Shown: positions 35,501 through 46,634 of the stretch, piece after piece
How positions within the stretch are numbered: position 1 is the stretch's first letter
Layout: each line of letters starts with the position of its first letter
Source: Myxococcota bacterium
Lineage (GTDB): Bacteria; Myxococcota_A; SURF-8
Direction of reading: 5' to 3'
Assembly: GCA_965140415.1 (NCBI GenBank)
Contig: OZ223209.1
Span: 1,088,001 to 1,152,000, forward strand
Length of the DNA stretch: 64,000 bases
Program-made: the position numbers and the translations under genes
The notes under the pieces: generated by a model
Told to the model about the DNA's origin: nothing
Database searches by the model: none
The model's input: only the letters and a program-made list of their open reading frames with translations

Positions 35501-38500
35501 CGAATACCGGATTGTTACGAAAGATAGCAGCATCAAATGGGCGCAAAGCCATTCCTCGAAAATTGATTTTCTTGGAGAACCAGCGACGTTAACAACCTAT
35601 ATTGATATAACTGATAAAAAACGCGCAGAAGAAACCGTCGCCAGAATCAATGAGCGTCAACAATCCATATTGGCCGCCATTCCCGACATCGTTATGGAGG
35701 TGGATGTCAATAAAGTTTATACATGGGCGAATCAGCCCGGACTGGAGTTCTTCGGCGAAGACATCATCGGTAAAGAAGCAAGTCTATATTTCGAGGGAGA
35801 GCAGCATACGTATTCGATTGTGTCTCCACTTTTCTCTGGAAATGAAAATACAATCTATGTGGAAAGCTGGCAGCGGAGAAAAGACGGTGAAATCCGCTTG
35901 CTGGCATGGTGGTGTCGTGTACTTAAAGATGAACAGGGCAATGCGTTGGGGGCCATTTCAACGGCTCGCGATATCACTGATCTGAAAGAGACAGAGAATG
36001 AATTGCGTATGATGGCGGATATGATCGATGCCGCTCCCAATTCCATTACAATACATGACACCGATGGACGCTTTTTGTATGCCAACAGGCGCACCCTTGA
36101 AATGCACGGATACAATGATAAGGAATTTCCGGGCATCAACCTGCACGATTTGGATGTTCCTGAAAGTGAAGCCTTGCTGAACGAACGCTTCAGATTGATT
36201 GATGAGAATGGCGAAGCTTCTTTTGAAGTGGCCCATTACAGAAAAAACGGAAGCTGTTTTCCCCTTGAAGTGTATGCCAAGATGGTGCAGTGGAAAAATC
36301 AACCGGCATTGTTGAGCATAGCAACAGACATCACCGATAGAAAGAACGCCGAAGAAGCTCTTCGCCGGAGCGAGGAGAAATACTCGACCATTGTCAGTAT
36401 GGCTCCCGAGGCGATACTTATCTGCGATGATCAGGGAGCAATCACCTTTGCAAACGATCAGGCCTCCGCACTCCTCGACATCAGCCAGGGAAACTTGCTT
36501 GTGGGGAAAAGCATATTCGACTTTCTGCCTGGAGAGGAAGCTGAAAAAGTAATCGCCAATCAATGTCTGACGCTCGAAGGGAAGGATCCCGGTCCAGGTG
36601 AATACAAGGCCATTCGTGCAAATGGTGAGATGATCGACATCGAAGTGCATGGTGAAATTCTGCGGGATGTTTCGGGACAGTTCGGTGGCTGGCTTCTGAT
36701 GGCGCGTGATATTACGGCGCAGAAACGGCTGAACGAGGCATTGGAAGAAAGCCAGCAGCGGCTTAACCTGGCTTTGCAGGTTGCCCACATGGGTTACTGG
36801 GACTGGGAAGTTGAAACGAACCAGGTCCGCTGGTTTGGCGAAAGTGCGGCGCTGTTTGGTACGACGCCTGAATCCTTTGACGAAACGCTTAATGGCGTGC
36901 AGACCCACGTACATCCGGATGACCGGGATCAGGGAATCGAGGCGTGCAGGCGTTGTGTTGAGGATGACTTACCCTTTGATAATACCTATCGAGTCGTCTG
37001 GCCATCGGGAGAAATCCGCTGGCTTCATTCACTGGGCAAGCTCTTCAGGGATGAACAGGGAAAACCGGTCCATGTGTTTGGCGTAACGACCGATGTGACG
37101 GATCGAAAGATGGCGGAAAATATCCTTATCCAGCGTGAAGAACGCTTCCGCAAACTGATCCAGAACTCAAACGATATCCTGGTAATTCTGGATGAAACAG
37201 GCAAAGAGCTATATGTCAGTGATTCCGTGGAGAGGATCACCGGATACACGCAGGAAGAATGCATAGGCAAAACAGGCTTCGACTTCCTGCATCCCGACGA
37301 TGTGAATAAAATAGCGGAGGCATTTAGTCAGCTGGTAAAAACTCCGAAGCATACAATGCAAGCTGAATACCGGCACCGAAGGAAAGAGGGTGGGTGGGTT
37401 TACCTTGAAGCCATTGGTACGAATTGGCTCGATGAGCAGACGATCAGGGGCATTGTCCTGAATGTTCGTGACGTAACGGAAAGAAAGCAATCGGAAGATG
37501 AAAAAGACAAGCTCGAACAACAGTTGACTCAAGCCATGAAAATGGAGGCTATCGGACGGCTTGCCGGTGGCGTGGCGCATGATTTCAACAACATCCTCAC
37601 GGGTATCTCCGGCAATGCATCCATGACCATGATGGATTATGCGTCTGATCCCTCGTTATTGGAAACTCTGAAAGAAATCAGCGATGCCTCTGACAGAGCG
37701 GCCGGATTGACTCGGCAGCTTTTGGCCTTCAGCCGTAAGCAGATTCTGGAGCCTAAAGTTATCAGCCTGAATCGTCTGATCGAAGATCTCATGAAGATGC
37801 TGGTGCGTCTGATCGGAGAAGATGTTTCGTTCACGTTCTCACCGAAAAGAAGATTGGGAAGAGTTCATGCGGACCTAGGCCAGATCGAACAGGTTGTCAT
37901 CAATCTTTGCGTGAATGCGCGTGACGCCATGCCGAATGGCGGGAAATTGACTATAGAGACCTCGGATACCGAACTTGACGAAAGCTACTGCGAAAATCAC
38001 AAGTACGTAACGCCGGGGCGATACGTGCTGATGGTCGTCAGTGATACCGGCACGGGAATGGACGAGGAAACCCGCAAACATATTTTCGAGCCCTTCTTTA
38101 CCACCAAGCCGCAGGGTCAGGGAACCGGACTGGGGCTTGCCACGATCTACGGAATCATCAAGCAGCATGAAGGGCACATTGAGGTGTATTCGGAGCCGGG
38201 CAAGGGAACGACATTCAAAGTGTATTTGCCGAGTACGAGAGATGCCGCCGAATCCACTTCAGCAAGAGACAGTATATCTTCAATGAAAACCGGAACGGAA
38301 ACAGTACTTCTGGTTGAGGATGAACACCTGGTCCGGTCGGTTGGCGTGAAGATACTCAAGAGACTGGGATATGCGGTGCTGGAAGCGGTTTCAGCCGAAG
38401 AGGCCCGGACGATATCCGATGATTATGAATCCGATATTGATCTGCTCATGACCGATGTCGTGATGCCTGGCGAAAACGGGCGAGAGCTTGCACGGTATAT

Positions 38501-38660
38501 CGAGAAAAAGCGAGCCGGCATCAAAGTGCTGTACACATCGGGTTACACGGAAAACGCCATCGCTCATCACGGCGTTCTTGATGAAGGCTTGAATTTCATA
38601 GGAAAACCCTTCACACCATCGGAGCTGGCGAGAATGATACGTAAGGTATTAGAGGCATGA
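32487..38660 (+). CDS. Cytoplasmic hybrid kinase: 2 REC, ~10 PAS, GAF, HisKA, HATPase, REC
   Basis: GRLAGGVAHDFNN, NARDAMP, FEPFFTTK, GTGLGL; C-terminal REC. Confidence 0.93.
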   Translation: MGENNNRKKRIVAVNDTSFQLTLLRSILEKAGYDIACHESAEEALRSMTPENIPDLIITDLHMPGIDGWRFCRLLRSPEYSHLNQVPILANSATFGGEDTLSISSAAGADAFLESPYKVDDLLRFVQELISGEQPEKKPSLLIVEDVKTLANNLGRVLEQVGFDVSIAYDGATARKLFDTYRHETVILDQHLPDSTGLELLEAFETQSSKTVFIIVTGDEDPELAVKAMKNGASAFVRKPCSNDYLVELIRKAHREKSLMAVENLLEFRTRKLLEEEQRHKAAMDAAHEGFCISIDGILHYSNPAFADMLGKPLERIVHTDIYQYINAADRERIASIYQRYENGGHNLGLQVFSLKREDGKKCIVEASGSRIEYEGKDAVLCVVRDVTETQKLEREIDDQRRRYADMLSNMQIAVTLLDKDMRVLWANDFAKNEFPDCDPVGCFCYEHFENRESPVEDCPVVKCFETGKTQKREFYNPRNSKWYFSTAYPIKDEDGRVVQVMETAIDITERKGYEDRLALQALVLNQIEDRVTITDLQGRITYVNNSEVKALGYSREELLGRTTEVYGEDPEKGATQREIVEATIREGGWRGEVLNMTADGQEVIMDCRTQAVRNEHGDAIALCGIATDVTDRKRQEEILRLQRDLSVTLARANDLNETLRASLETSIQISGLDAGGIYLINEHDGSLTLSHHEGIPSALLEEMIFFDADSPQAQLVRKQKTRYASHREILSEIGSNPSESRIKALAIIPIIHEGKAVGCLNVGSFTDENISQQSRMILETIAGQIGAVIVRHWIFSELQVQRENLTTFFNTIHDFLFVMDENGTVIQTNNTVSDRLGYSLEEVVNKSVLAFHPEDRREEAGRIVEEMLAGKREICDIPLLAKDGELIPVETKVTRGRWNAQPAIFGISRDISERLRMEDELRESEEKYRTLVENSLQGVVIAQASPLRLSFANTAMRTLTGYDVQELLHMASEELISLIHVDDRERFIDSFQRRVSGENIPSIGEYRIVTKDSSIKWAQSHSSKIDFLGEPATLTTYIDITDKKRAEETVARINERQQSILAAIPDIVMEVDVNKVYTWANQPGLEFFGEDIIGKEASLYFEGEQHTYSIVSPLFSGNENTIYVESWQRRKDGEIRLLAWWCRVLKDEQGNALGAISTARDITDLKETENELRMMADMIDAAPNSITIHDTDGRFLYANRRTLEMHGYNDKEFPGINLHDLDVPESEALLNERFRLIDENGEASFEVAHYRKNGSCFPLEVYAKMVQWKNQPALLSIATDITDRKNAEEALRRSEEKYSTIVSMAPEAILICDDQGAITFANDQASALLDISQGNLLVGKSIFDFLPGEEAEKVIANQCLTLEGKDPGPGEYKAIRANGEMIDIEVHGEILRDVSGQFGGWLLMARDITAQKRLNEALEESQQRLNLALQVAHMGYWDWEVETNQVRWFGESAALFGTTPESFDETLNGVQTHVHPDDRDQGIEACRRCVEDDLPFDNTYRVVWPSGEIRWLHSLGKLFRDEQGKPVHVFGVTTDVTDRKMAENILIQREERFRKLIQNSNDILVILDETGKELYVSDSVERITGYTQEECIGKTGFDFLHPDDVNKIAEAFSQLVKTPKHTMQAEYRHRRKEGGWVYLEAIGTNWLDEQTIRGIVLNVRDVTERKQSEDEKDKLEQQLTQAMKMEAIGRLAGGVAHDFNNILTGISGNASMTMMDYASDPSLLETLKEISDASDRAAGLTRQLLAFSRKQILEPKVISLNRLIEDLMKMLVRLIGEDVSFTFSPKRRLGRVHADLGQIEQVVINLCVNARDAMPNGGKLTIETSDTELDESYCENHKYVTPGRYVLMVVSDTGTGMDEETRKHIFEPFFTTKPQGQGTGLGLATIYGIIKQHEGHIEVYSEPGKGTTFKVYLPSTRDAAESTSARDSISSMKTGTETVLLVEDEHLVRSVGVKILKRLGYAVLEAVSAEEARTISDDYESDIDLLMTDVVMPGENGRELARYIEKKRAGIKVLYTSGYTENAIAHHGVLDEGLNFIGKPFTPSELARMIRKVLEA

Positions 38661-38688
38661 TGGGTAATCCTGAAAGGTTGATTTGGTA

Positions 38689-41600
38689 ATGGAGAGAGAC
38701 AAAAATCCCAATATGGTCGATAAACCCGAAAACGATGCAGGAAAACCAGCTGCGATTGTTGGCATCGGAGCCTCGGCGGGCGGCCTCGAAGCCATCGAGG
38801 CTTTCTTCAGAAACATGCCCGTTGACAGTGGAATGGCTTTTGTGGTGGTGCAGCATCTATCACCCGATTACAAAAGCTTGATGGTGGAGCTGCTTTCACG
38901 CAAGACCGAGATCCCCGTCTGTCGCGCCGAAGAAGGCATGCGGGCAGAGGCGAATCATATCTATTTGATACCGCCCAAGAAAAACCTGACGATCTTCCAC
39001 GGCCAATTGCTGCTGGAGGAGCAGAAACAGCGTGAAAGCATCAACCTGCCCGTGGATATTTTTCTGCGTTCGTTGGCCGAAGACCAGGGTGAGCATGCTG
39101 TCGCCGTTATCCTGTCCGGTACGGGAAGCGATGGAACGCGAGGCGTACGGGCCGTCAAGGAGTGGGGCGGACTCGTTTTGGTGCAGGACGAAGGGAGCGC
39201 CAAGTTCGACGGCATGCCGCGTTCGGCAGCTTCTACAGGTTTGGCGGACTTTATCCTGTCGCCGGAAGCCATGCCATCGCAACTGATCGCCTGTCTTCGT
39301 CACCCATACGCCGCACGACAGGAGCGCCGACAGCAGGGTTTGGAAAATGAGACGGGCATGACTCGCCTTTTCTCGCTTTTACGCGCCAAAACCAAAGTTG
39401 ACTTCACTTACTACAAACCCAGCACTATAACGCGTCGCGTTGATCGGCGCATTGCCGTCACGCAATCGGAGGATCTTGAGGCCTACGTCCGATATGCCGA
39501 GCAGACACCTGCCGAAATATCTGCGCTTTATCGTGAGTTGCTAATCGGCGTGACCAGCTTTTTCCGCGATCCCGAAGTTATGGACATGCTTCGTGAACGG
39601 GTGCTCCCTGAACTGTTCACAAAAAATAATACCCATGAGATGCGTTTCTGGGTGGCGGGCTGTTCGACGGGAGAGGAAGCCTATACGCTGGCAATTCTGT
39701 GCCGCGAGACAATGGCTGCGCTGGGGCTGGCTCGCGATATTAAAATTTTCGCGACGGATATAGACCGTGACGCGATCGCCAGAGCCGGTCAGGGAATATA
39801 TCCAGAGAGTATCGCGGCCGACTTGAGCCCGGCATTTCTGACAAAATATTTCCACCGCCGTGGCGACCAGTACCAGGTGGCGCGAAACCTGCGTGAGATG
39901 GTGGTTTTCGCTCAGCACAACCTCGTCAAGGATCCCCCGTTTACACGCATTGAGATGGTCAGTTGCCGCAACCTACTGATCTATCTGCAAAGCAACCTTC
40001 AGCAACGTGCGTTGGAGATGTTCGCCTTTTCGCTACGTCCCGGAGGCGTTCTGCTGCTGGGCACGAGCGAAACGGTTGGAGAGATGGAGGACCACTTTGA
40101 ACCCATCGATCGAAAGGCTCGTATTTACGGTTTTAGAGGCAAAACGTCTACCCGGTTGACGTATGACGGACAACAAAATCAGCAGCACGACGAGCGGATG
40201 TTGCCGTTGGCTGCAAGCGGGTATGCCGGCCCCCGGCGGGTCGGTTCACGCGAACACGAAAGACTGATCACGCGCTTGCTTGATTTGCTTGCGGACTCGT
40301 ATGTCCCGCTGGCGGTGGTGGTCAATGAACACCTCGAAATCCTGTACACGCTTGGCGATCCTTCGGGCATTTTCAGTATGCCGACAGGACGCGCCGTTTA
40401 CGACATTTCGAAAATGGTCAGCCGAGAACTGGGCATTCCCCTGGCTACGGGCATTCAGAAAGTTCTACGTTCGGGCGAGGAGTTGACTTATTCCAATGTG
40501 CGTCTGCGGGACGGCGACGTTACACAAGCGATGCGTTTGTGTTTGCGGCTCCTGCCCGGACGCAAGAACGATGAGATGCTGGTCGTCGTGTTTTTTGAAA
40601 CAGTGGGAGAGAATCGTTCCCCCGGCAGCAGCGAAGCATCCGCTGAATACGACCTGGACGAGGAAACCGACCAGCGCCTGCAGGATCTGGAGCAGGAACT
40701 GCAATTCACGCGCGAAAACCTCCAGGCTACAATCGAAGAGCTCGAAACATCAAACGAGGAACTGCAAGCCACGAACGAAGAACTGCTGGCAAGCAACGAA
40801 GAGTTGCAAAGCACCAACGAAGAACTTCAGAGCACCAACGAGGAACTCTACACGGTCAACACGGAGTATCAGAACAAGATCATCGAGTTGACCGAGGCGC
40901 GTAATGACGTGGAGAATCTGCTGTCGAGTTCCCGGATCGGGACACTGATTCTGGATGAAGACATGTGTATCCGTCGCTACTCGCCACAAACGGCCAAAGT
41001 GTTCAACCTGGTGGACAGCGATATGGGCCGTCCTCTGCAACATTTGTCACACCAATTGCTGGATTTCGACGCAGTGGAAATGGCCAGGCAGACGCAAGAA
41101 GAAGGTAAATCCTTCGAAAGAGAGGCGTTGGACCGGGATGGCCGTTGGTACTTGGTGCGAACGCTGCCCTATCGCGTCGGACCGCAAGCCTTGGCTGGTG
41201 TGGTCATCACACTGGTTGACATCACCGAACGTAAACGGGCTGAGAAGGCGTTGCATGAAAGCGAGCAGCGCTATCGGACACTCGCCGATAATGGCCGCGC
41301 TCTCATCTGGACCTCTGGTCTTGACAAGAAATGCGATTACTTCAATAAAGTTTGGCTGGAATTCACGGGACGGACGATTGAGCAGGAGATGGGCGATGGC
41401 TGGGCCGAGGGCGTTCATCCCGACGACCTGGATCGTTGCTTTCGGACCTATGTATCGGCCTTTGATAAACGCGAGCCTTTCAGTATGACCTATCAACTCC
41501 GGCGGCATGATGGGCAGTATCGCTGGATTCAGGACGACGGTGTGCCTCGTTCAAACGACGAAGGTGAATTCATTGGATACATCGGCCATTGCTTCGACGT

Positions 41601-42015
41601 GACGGATCGCGTGGAGGCTGAAGAAGCGCTGAAGGAAAGCGAAGAGCGTCACCGTTGCCTGTATCATCTTCTCGCTGACGCCGAGAAGACCGCCCGCATG
41701 GGCAGCTGGACATGGGAAGTAGCCACCGATATCGTAACGTGGTCGGAGAACCTGTATCGTCTTTTTGGACGCGATCCGGAACTTGGCGCGCCGTCTTTTG
41801 CCGAACACGCTCCCCTCTACACTTCCGAATCAATGGCGCGTTTACAGGAGGCCGTGCGGGAAGCCGTGGAACATGGAAAGGCCTATGAATTCAGATTGGA
41901 TGCTTTACGCGCCGATGGCTCGATTATGCCTTGCATCGCTCGCGGGCAAATAGAACAAGATGAAACAGGAACGATTATAAGACTTTACGGATCATTGCAG
42001 GAGATTCATACATGA
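38689..42015 (+). CDS. CheB-CheR fusion with coiled coil and PAS domains, no kinase domain
   Basis: CheB triad GASAGG/VQHL/GTGSDG; Che[32 protein letters not shown] heptads; start could be 38713. Confidence 0.92.
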   Translation: MERDKNPNMVDKPENDAGKPAAIVGIGASAGGLEAIEAFFRNMPVDSGMAFVVVQHLSPDYKSLMVELLSRKTEIPVCRAEEGMRAEANHIYLIPPKKNLTIFHGQLLLEEQKQRESINLPVDIFLRSLAEDQGEHAVAVILSGTGSDGTRGVRAVKEWGGLVLVQDEGSAKFDGMPRSAASTGLADFILSPEAMPSQLIACLRHPYAARQERRQQGLENETGMTRLFSLLRAKTKVDFTYYKPSTITRRVDRRIAVTQSEDLEAYVRYAEQTPAEISALYRELLIGVTSFFRDPEVMDMLRERVLPELFTKNNTHEMRFWVAGCSTGEEAYTLAILCRETMAALGLARDIKIFATDIDRDAIARAGQGIYPESIAADLSPAFLTKYFHRRGDQYQVARNLREMVVFAQHNLVKDPPFTRIEMVSCRNLLIYLQSNLQQRALEMFAFSLRPGGVLLLGTSETVGEMEDHFEPIDRKARIYGFRGKTSTRLTYDGQQNQQHDERMLPLAASGYAGPRRVGSREHERLITRLLDLLADSYVPLAVVVNEHLEILYTLGDPSGIFSMPTGRAVYDISKMVSRELGIPLATGIQKVLRSGEELTYSNVRLRDGDVTQAMRLCLRLLPGRKNDEMLVVVFFETVGENRSPGSSEASAEYDLDEETDQRLQDLEQELQFTRENLQATIEELETSNEELQATNEELLASNEELQSTNEELQSTNEELYTVNTEYQNKIIELTEARNDVENLLSSSRIGTLILDEDMCIRRYSPQTAKVFNLVDSDMGRPLQHLSHQLLDFDAVEMARQTQEEGKSFEREALDRDGRWYLVRTLPYRVGPQALAGVVITLVDITERKRAEKALHESEQRYRTLADNGRALIWTSGLDKKCDYFNKVWLEFTGRTIEQEMGDGWAEGVHPDDLDRCFRTYVSAFDKREPFSMTYQLRRHDGQYRWIQDDGVPRSNDEGEFIGYIGHCFDVTDRVEAEEALKESEERHRCLYHLLADAEKTARMGSWTWEVATDIVTWSENLYRLFGRDPELGAPSFAEHAPLYTSESMARLQEAVREAVEHGKAYEFRLDALRADGSIMPCIARGQIEQDETGTIIRLYGSLQEIHT

Positions 42016-45000
42016 GTGCGGACAGATCGAACACTGCCGACGAACTGCGTAAACGCGCGGAGGCACTGCTGGCGAAATCACCAGAAGTCTTTCAGGCAGC
42101 CGACCTCAGGAGCATCAGCAAGCTGGCGCATGAACTGGCGGTGCATCAGGCCGAGCTTGAAATCCAGAACGAGGAACTGCGCGATACGCAGTTGGCTCTT
42201 CAGCGTACGAACGATCATTATTCGGCGCTTTTCCAGCAGGCTCCGGTCGGATATGTGGTGCTCGACGCCTCGGGCATCATCCGAAAGACAAACGCCACCT
42301 GGCATGCCTTGGTTGAAAGTCCCGACGAGGATTTCCGTGGAACATCCTTCGCGGATGCGCTTCTTGAAGAGGATACCCCGATCTTTTTATCCCGTTTTCG
42401 CGTGTTCTTTCGCAACCCCGCCGATAAAAGGATTATTGTGCGGATTAAGCGCAATGGCGCTCCTCCGTTTCATGCGAGGATTGAAGCCAGGCCATATAAT
42501 GCATCGCATCAAAAGACATCCGCCGCTTCGATGTCTGAATTACTGGTTATCGTCAGCGATATTTCCGATTTGCAGCAGGCGCGCCGGGAGAGTGAGACCC
42601 GCAACGAAGAACTGAGCCGGACAAATGAGCGACTCGATCATATCCATCGCGTTCTTTTAGGCATCCGCAATGTAAATCAGCTTATTGTGGAAGAGGACAA
42701 TCCGGAGCGGCTGATCGAACGAGCCTGCGAGAATCTTACCGAAACATTGGGCTACATGAACGTCTGGATCGCCCTTTTAGGCGGAGAGGCAGGCCGATCC
42801 CTAGGTTTTTCGGGTGTTGACCCGGTCGTTACCGCCGCCTCTTCGGGTTCTGATGGCGGCTTTGGAACGATGCGCGAACGCTTGCGGCGCGGTGACTATT
42901 CATCTTGTATGAAAAGCGCGCTTGAGTCCGAGAATACTGTCGTGATGGGCGATCCCCGTTCCGACTGCCCCGATTGCCCGCTTTCGATTGAGTACGCAGG
43001 ACGCTCCGCGCTGGTTCGCCGCCTGGCTTTCGATGGCCGGACCTACGGCATCCTGACGGCTTCCGTTCCAGCCGACTACGCCTGGGATGCAGAGGAGCAG
43101 GACTTGTTCAACGAGGTGGCGGGCGATCTGGCCTTCGCCCTGCACAAAATCGCCACAGCCCGCAGTCTGGAGGAAAGCCGGCGGCGCTATCTGGAAATAT
43201 TCGAGCACAGCCGAGATGGTTTCGTCATGGTGAACGCGGAAGGACGCATCCTTGACGCCAACGATTCCTATTGCGAGATGCTCGGATACAGCTTGGAAGA
43301 ATTGCTGGCGATGCATGATTTTTATGAGATCACTCCAGAACGCTGGCGCGAGTGGGAATCCTCGGAAATCTGGCAAAAGCGCTTGTTGGGTCAAGGCTAT
43401 TCGGGGCTTTATGAGAAGGAGTATATCCGCAAGGATGGAACGGTTTTTCCCGTCGAGTTGCGCTCCTACGCGGTCCGTAGTGAGAACGGCGAAATCGACT
43501 ATCTCTGGGGAACAGCTCGCGACATTACCAAACGCAAGAAACTTGAAAAAGAGATGCTTTGGCGTGAGGAATGGTTTCGCGGCCTATACGAACACAATCC
43601 CGTCGGAATCGCCTTGGTCGATCCGGTTTCCCAAAGGTTTTTGCAGGCGAATTGCGCATACCAGTCCTTGCTCGGTTATTCCGAGGAGGAATTGCGCAAT
43701 CTCACGGTCAAGGACATCACCCACAATGAGGATTGGGAGAGAGAGCGGAAGGAAATTTCCAGTCGGAAAACCGGCGAAACAAACAATTACGAAATTGAAA
43801 AGAGGTACTTCCATAGAGATGGAAGCATTCGTTGGGTTCGAGTCACCGGAGAAATTGTAGAGGATCCAAGTAAGAAGCATCTCGCATTGGCGACCGTTAT
43901 GGATATGACGGAACGCAAAAAGGTTGAAAATTCCTTGCGTGAAAAAAGAGAAAGGCTGGAGTTCGTCATCGAGGGGTCGTCATTGGGAACCTGGGAATGG
44001 AACGTGCAGACCAATGAAACCGTCTTTAACCGCAACTGGGCGGAGATGCTGGGTTACACCATTGAGGAACTTACGCCTTACAGTTACGATACCTGGAAAC
44101 GCTTGGTTCATCCTGAAGACCTTGATCGGGCAGAGCTTGAATTGAAGAATACGATCGAAGGCAAGACGAAGGATTACTCCTGCGAGTTCCGTATGCGCTC
44201 CAAATCCGGCGAATGGGTCTGGATACTGGATCGCGGTCGCGTCCTGAAACGGAATGAGGCCGGAAAACCGTTATTGATGTACGGCACCCATACCAACATT
44301 ACCAATATTAAAAAAGCCATGGAAGCCCTCGCCAAAAGCGAGCAACGCCACCGCGACTACATCACCAATACCCCTTACGGCGTTTTCGTCACCGATGAAA
44401 AGGGCCGCTATCTCCAGGTTAACCCCGCTGCATCCTCAATATCGGGGTATTCAGAGAAGGAACTGCTTTCCATGAACGTCTCCGACATGCTTCCAGAAGA
44501 GGGGCTGGAAGACGGGTTGGCTCAGTTCCGACAGGTTGTAGAGACCGGCAAGGCGCATGGGGAACTGGTGTTCCGTCACAAAAGCGGGGAGATTCGCTGG
44601 TGGCAGGTATCAGGTGTCAAGCTTTCAGATAAGCGCTTTCTTGGATTTTGCAACGAAATTACGGACCGCAAGATGGCGGAAGAGGCAATCCTCAGGGAAC
44701 GGGAACAGCTACTTTCAATTTTTGGCAGTATCGATGAGGTGACTTATATTACGGACCCGGATACATATGAAATCCTATATGTCAATCCTGCATTTAAAAA
44801 TATTCTGCAAAAGGATGTCGTGGGCAGAATCTGTTACAAAGAATTCCAGGGGCTCGATTCTCCTTGTCCGTTCTGCACAAATTCCATTATTGTTGAACAG
44901 AGTCCAGAGCCCTACATTTGGGAATATTACAATCCTAAACTAGACAGGCATTTCCTTATAACCGATCGTATCATCAGGTGGTCCGATGGTCGAAATGTCC

Positions 45001-46592
45001 GTTTCGAGATGGCCATTGACATCACCGAGCGTAAGCAGGCGGAAGTTCGGCTTCGGGAAAAGACCGACCTACTCCAGAACATCACCGATCACATGTTCGA
45101 CCTGGTTGCGATTACCGACCTTTCCGGCGTGTTCACCTATGTCGGTCCCTCCCACCGGATTCTCGGGTTTGAACCGGAAGAGCTTATTGGAACCAGCGTC
45201 TTTGATTACGTGCACCTGGAGGATGCCGAATACATTGCAAAGGAGTTCGCAGAGCTTAGTGCAAACCCCACACCGGAAGCGACCCGAACCATCGAGTACC
45301 GCCAGCGCTGCGCTTATGGTAACTACAAATGGCTCGAAACGAAAGGCAAATACCTGTTTTCCGAAGATCTGATTCCGTATGCACTGTTTTTCAGCAGTCG
45401 TGATATCACGGAACGCAAGCGGGATAATGAGGAAAGAGAAAAACTTCAGACCCAACTCCAGCAGGCCATGAAAATGGAAGCCGTAGGCCGCCTGGCGGGC
45501 GGCGTGGCGCACGATTTCAACAATCTGCTCACCGGTATCACGGGCAATGTCTCTCTGGCTTTGATGGACCTTCCCAATGGAGACCCGCTGCGGGATGCTT
45601 TGGAGCAAATCAATCAGGCCGCCGACAGCGCCGCCAATCTTACCCGACAGCTTTTGGCGTTCTCAAGAAAACAGTTGATAGCTCCAAAAGTTCTCGATCT
45701 CAATCAGATCATCGAACATTCTTATAAAATGCTGCATCGCCTGATCGGCGAGGATATAGACTTGGTTTTCCGGCCAGAGAAAAAACTCGGCCAGGCCAAG
45801 GTCGATCCGGGGCAACTGGAGCAGATTCTCATGAATCTGGCGGTCAATGCACGAGACGCCATGCCGGATGGTGGAAAGCTGACTCTGGAAACCGACAACG
45901 TAACGCTGGACGAAACCTACAGCAGCACGCACGCACACGTCACCCCCGGTGAGTATGTGATGATGGCTGTGTCCGATGATGGCATCGGCATGACGGAAGA
46001 CGTTCGCTCCCGGTTGTTCGAACCTTTCTTCACGACAAAACCCAAAGACAAAGGAACAGGGCTCGGTCTGGCTACGGTTTACGGTGCGGTCAAACAGAAC
46101 GGGGGCAATATCGAAGTCTATTCCGAGCCAGAAGAGGGAACGACCTTCAAGGTATATTTCCCGAGAATCGAAGCCAAAGCGGAGAAAATCGACAGACCGG
46201 CTACGTGGGACGATTTGCCCGCGGGGACAGAAACCGTTCTTGTCGTTGAGGATGAGCACATGGTACGCAACATCGCGGTCAAGATACTGAAGCGGCAAGG
46301 CTATAAAGTCCATTGGGCAAAATCGGGTGCAGACGCACTCACTCTCGTTGATACCGAGAATCTGACACCCGATCTATTGATGACCGATATTATAATGCCC
46401 GGAATGAACGGTCGCCAACTGGCCGGAAAACTTCAGACTGATCATCAGAACCTTAAAATTCTGTATACCTCCGGCTATACGGAGAACGTTATCGTTCATC
46501 ACGGTGTTTTAGATAAAGGGCTGAATTTCATCGGCAAACCGTACACCCCACAGGCGTTGGCGAAAATAGTTAGAGAGGCGCTGGATAAATGA
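42012..46592 (+). CDS. Hybrid kinase: PAS, GAF, 6 PAS, HisKA, HATPase, REC
   Basis: N-terminal HELAVHQAELEIQNEEL helix; GVAHDFNN; GTGLGL; REC; ATGA overlap with cheBR. Confidence 0.93.
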   Translation: MSADRSNTADELRKRAEALLAKSPEVFQAADLRSISKLAHELAVHQAELEIQNEELRDTQLALQRTNDHYSALFQQAPVGYVVLDASGIIRKTNATWHALVESPDEDFRGTSFADALLEEDTPIFLSRFRVFFRNPADKRIIVRIKRNGAPPFHARIEARPYNASHQKTSAASMSELLVIVSDISDLQQARRESETRNEELSRTNERLDHIHRVLLGIRNVNQLIVEEDNPERLIERACENLTETLGYMNVWIALLGGEAGRSLGFSGVDPVVTAASSGSDGGFGTMRERLRRGDYSSCMKSALESENTVVMGDPRSDCPDCPLSIEYAGRSALVRRLAFDGRTYGILTASVPADYAWDAEEQDLFNEVAGDLAFALHKIATARSLEESRRRYLEIFEHSRDGFVMVNAEGRILDANDSYCEMLGYSLEELLAMHDFYEITPERWREWESSEIWQKRLLGQGYSGLYEKEYIRKDGTVFPVELRSYAVRSENGEIDYLWGTARDITKRKKLEKEMLWREEWFRGLYEHNPVGIALVDPVSQRFLQANCAYQSLLGYSEEELRNLTVKDITHNEDWERERKEISSRKTGETNNYEIEKRYFHRDGSIRWVRVTGEIVEDPSKKHLALATVMDMTERKKVENSLREKRERLEFVIEGSSLGTWEWNVQTNETVFNRNWAEMLGYTIEELTPYSYDTWKRLVHPEDLDRAELELKNTIEGKTKDYSCEFRMRSKSGEWVWILDRGRVLKRNEAGKPLLMYGTHTNITNIKKAMEALAKSEQRHRDYITNTPYGVFVTDEKGRYLQVNPAASSISGYSEKELLSMNVSDMLPEEGLEDGLAQFRQVVETGKAHGELVFRHKSGEIRWWQVSGVKLSDKRFLGFCNEITDRKMAEEAILREREQLLSIFGSIDEVTYITDPDTYEILYVNPAFKNILQKDVVGRICYKEFQGLDSPCPFCTNSIIVEQSPEPYIWEYYNPKLDRHFLITDRIIRWSDGRNVRFEMAIDITERKQAEVRLREKTDLLQNITDHMFDLVAITDLSGVFTYVGPSHRILGFEPEELIGTSVFDYVHLEDAEYIAKEFAELSANPTPEATRTIEYRQRCAYGNYKWLETKGKYLFSEDLIPYALFFSSRDITERKRDNEEREKLQTQLQQAMKMEAVGRLAGGVAHDFNNLLTGITGNVSLALMDLPNGDPLRDALEQINQAADSAANLTRQLLAFSRKQLIAPKVLDLNQIIEHSYKMLHRLIGEDIDLVFRPEKKLGQAKVDPGQLEQILMNLAVNARDAMPDGGKLTLETDNVTLDETYSSTHAHVTPGEYVMMAVSDDGIGMTEDVRSRLFEPFFTTKPKDKGTGLGLATVYGAVKQNGGNIEVYSEPEEGTTFKVYFPRIEAKAEKIDRPATWDDLPAGTETVLVVEDEHMVRNIAVKILKRQGYKVHWAKSGADALTLVDTENLTPDLLMTDIIMPGMNGRQLAGKLQTDHQNLKILYTSGYTENVIVHHGVLDKGLNFIGKPYTPQALAKIVREALDK

Positions 46593-46634
46593 TCACGTAT
46601 ACTGTCTTTTCATTTAAAAAATGGATCTAAGTCA

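Noticed and set aside
40735-40860. 21-bp tandem repeat
   Set aside because: Encodes the EELQSTN heptads typical of CheB-CheR fusions
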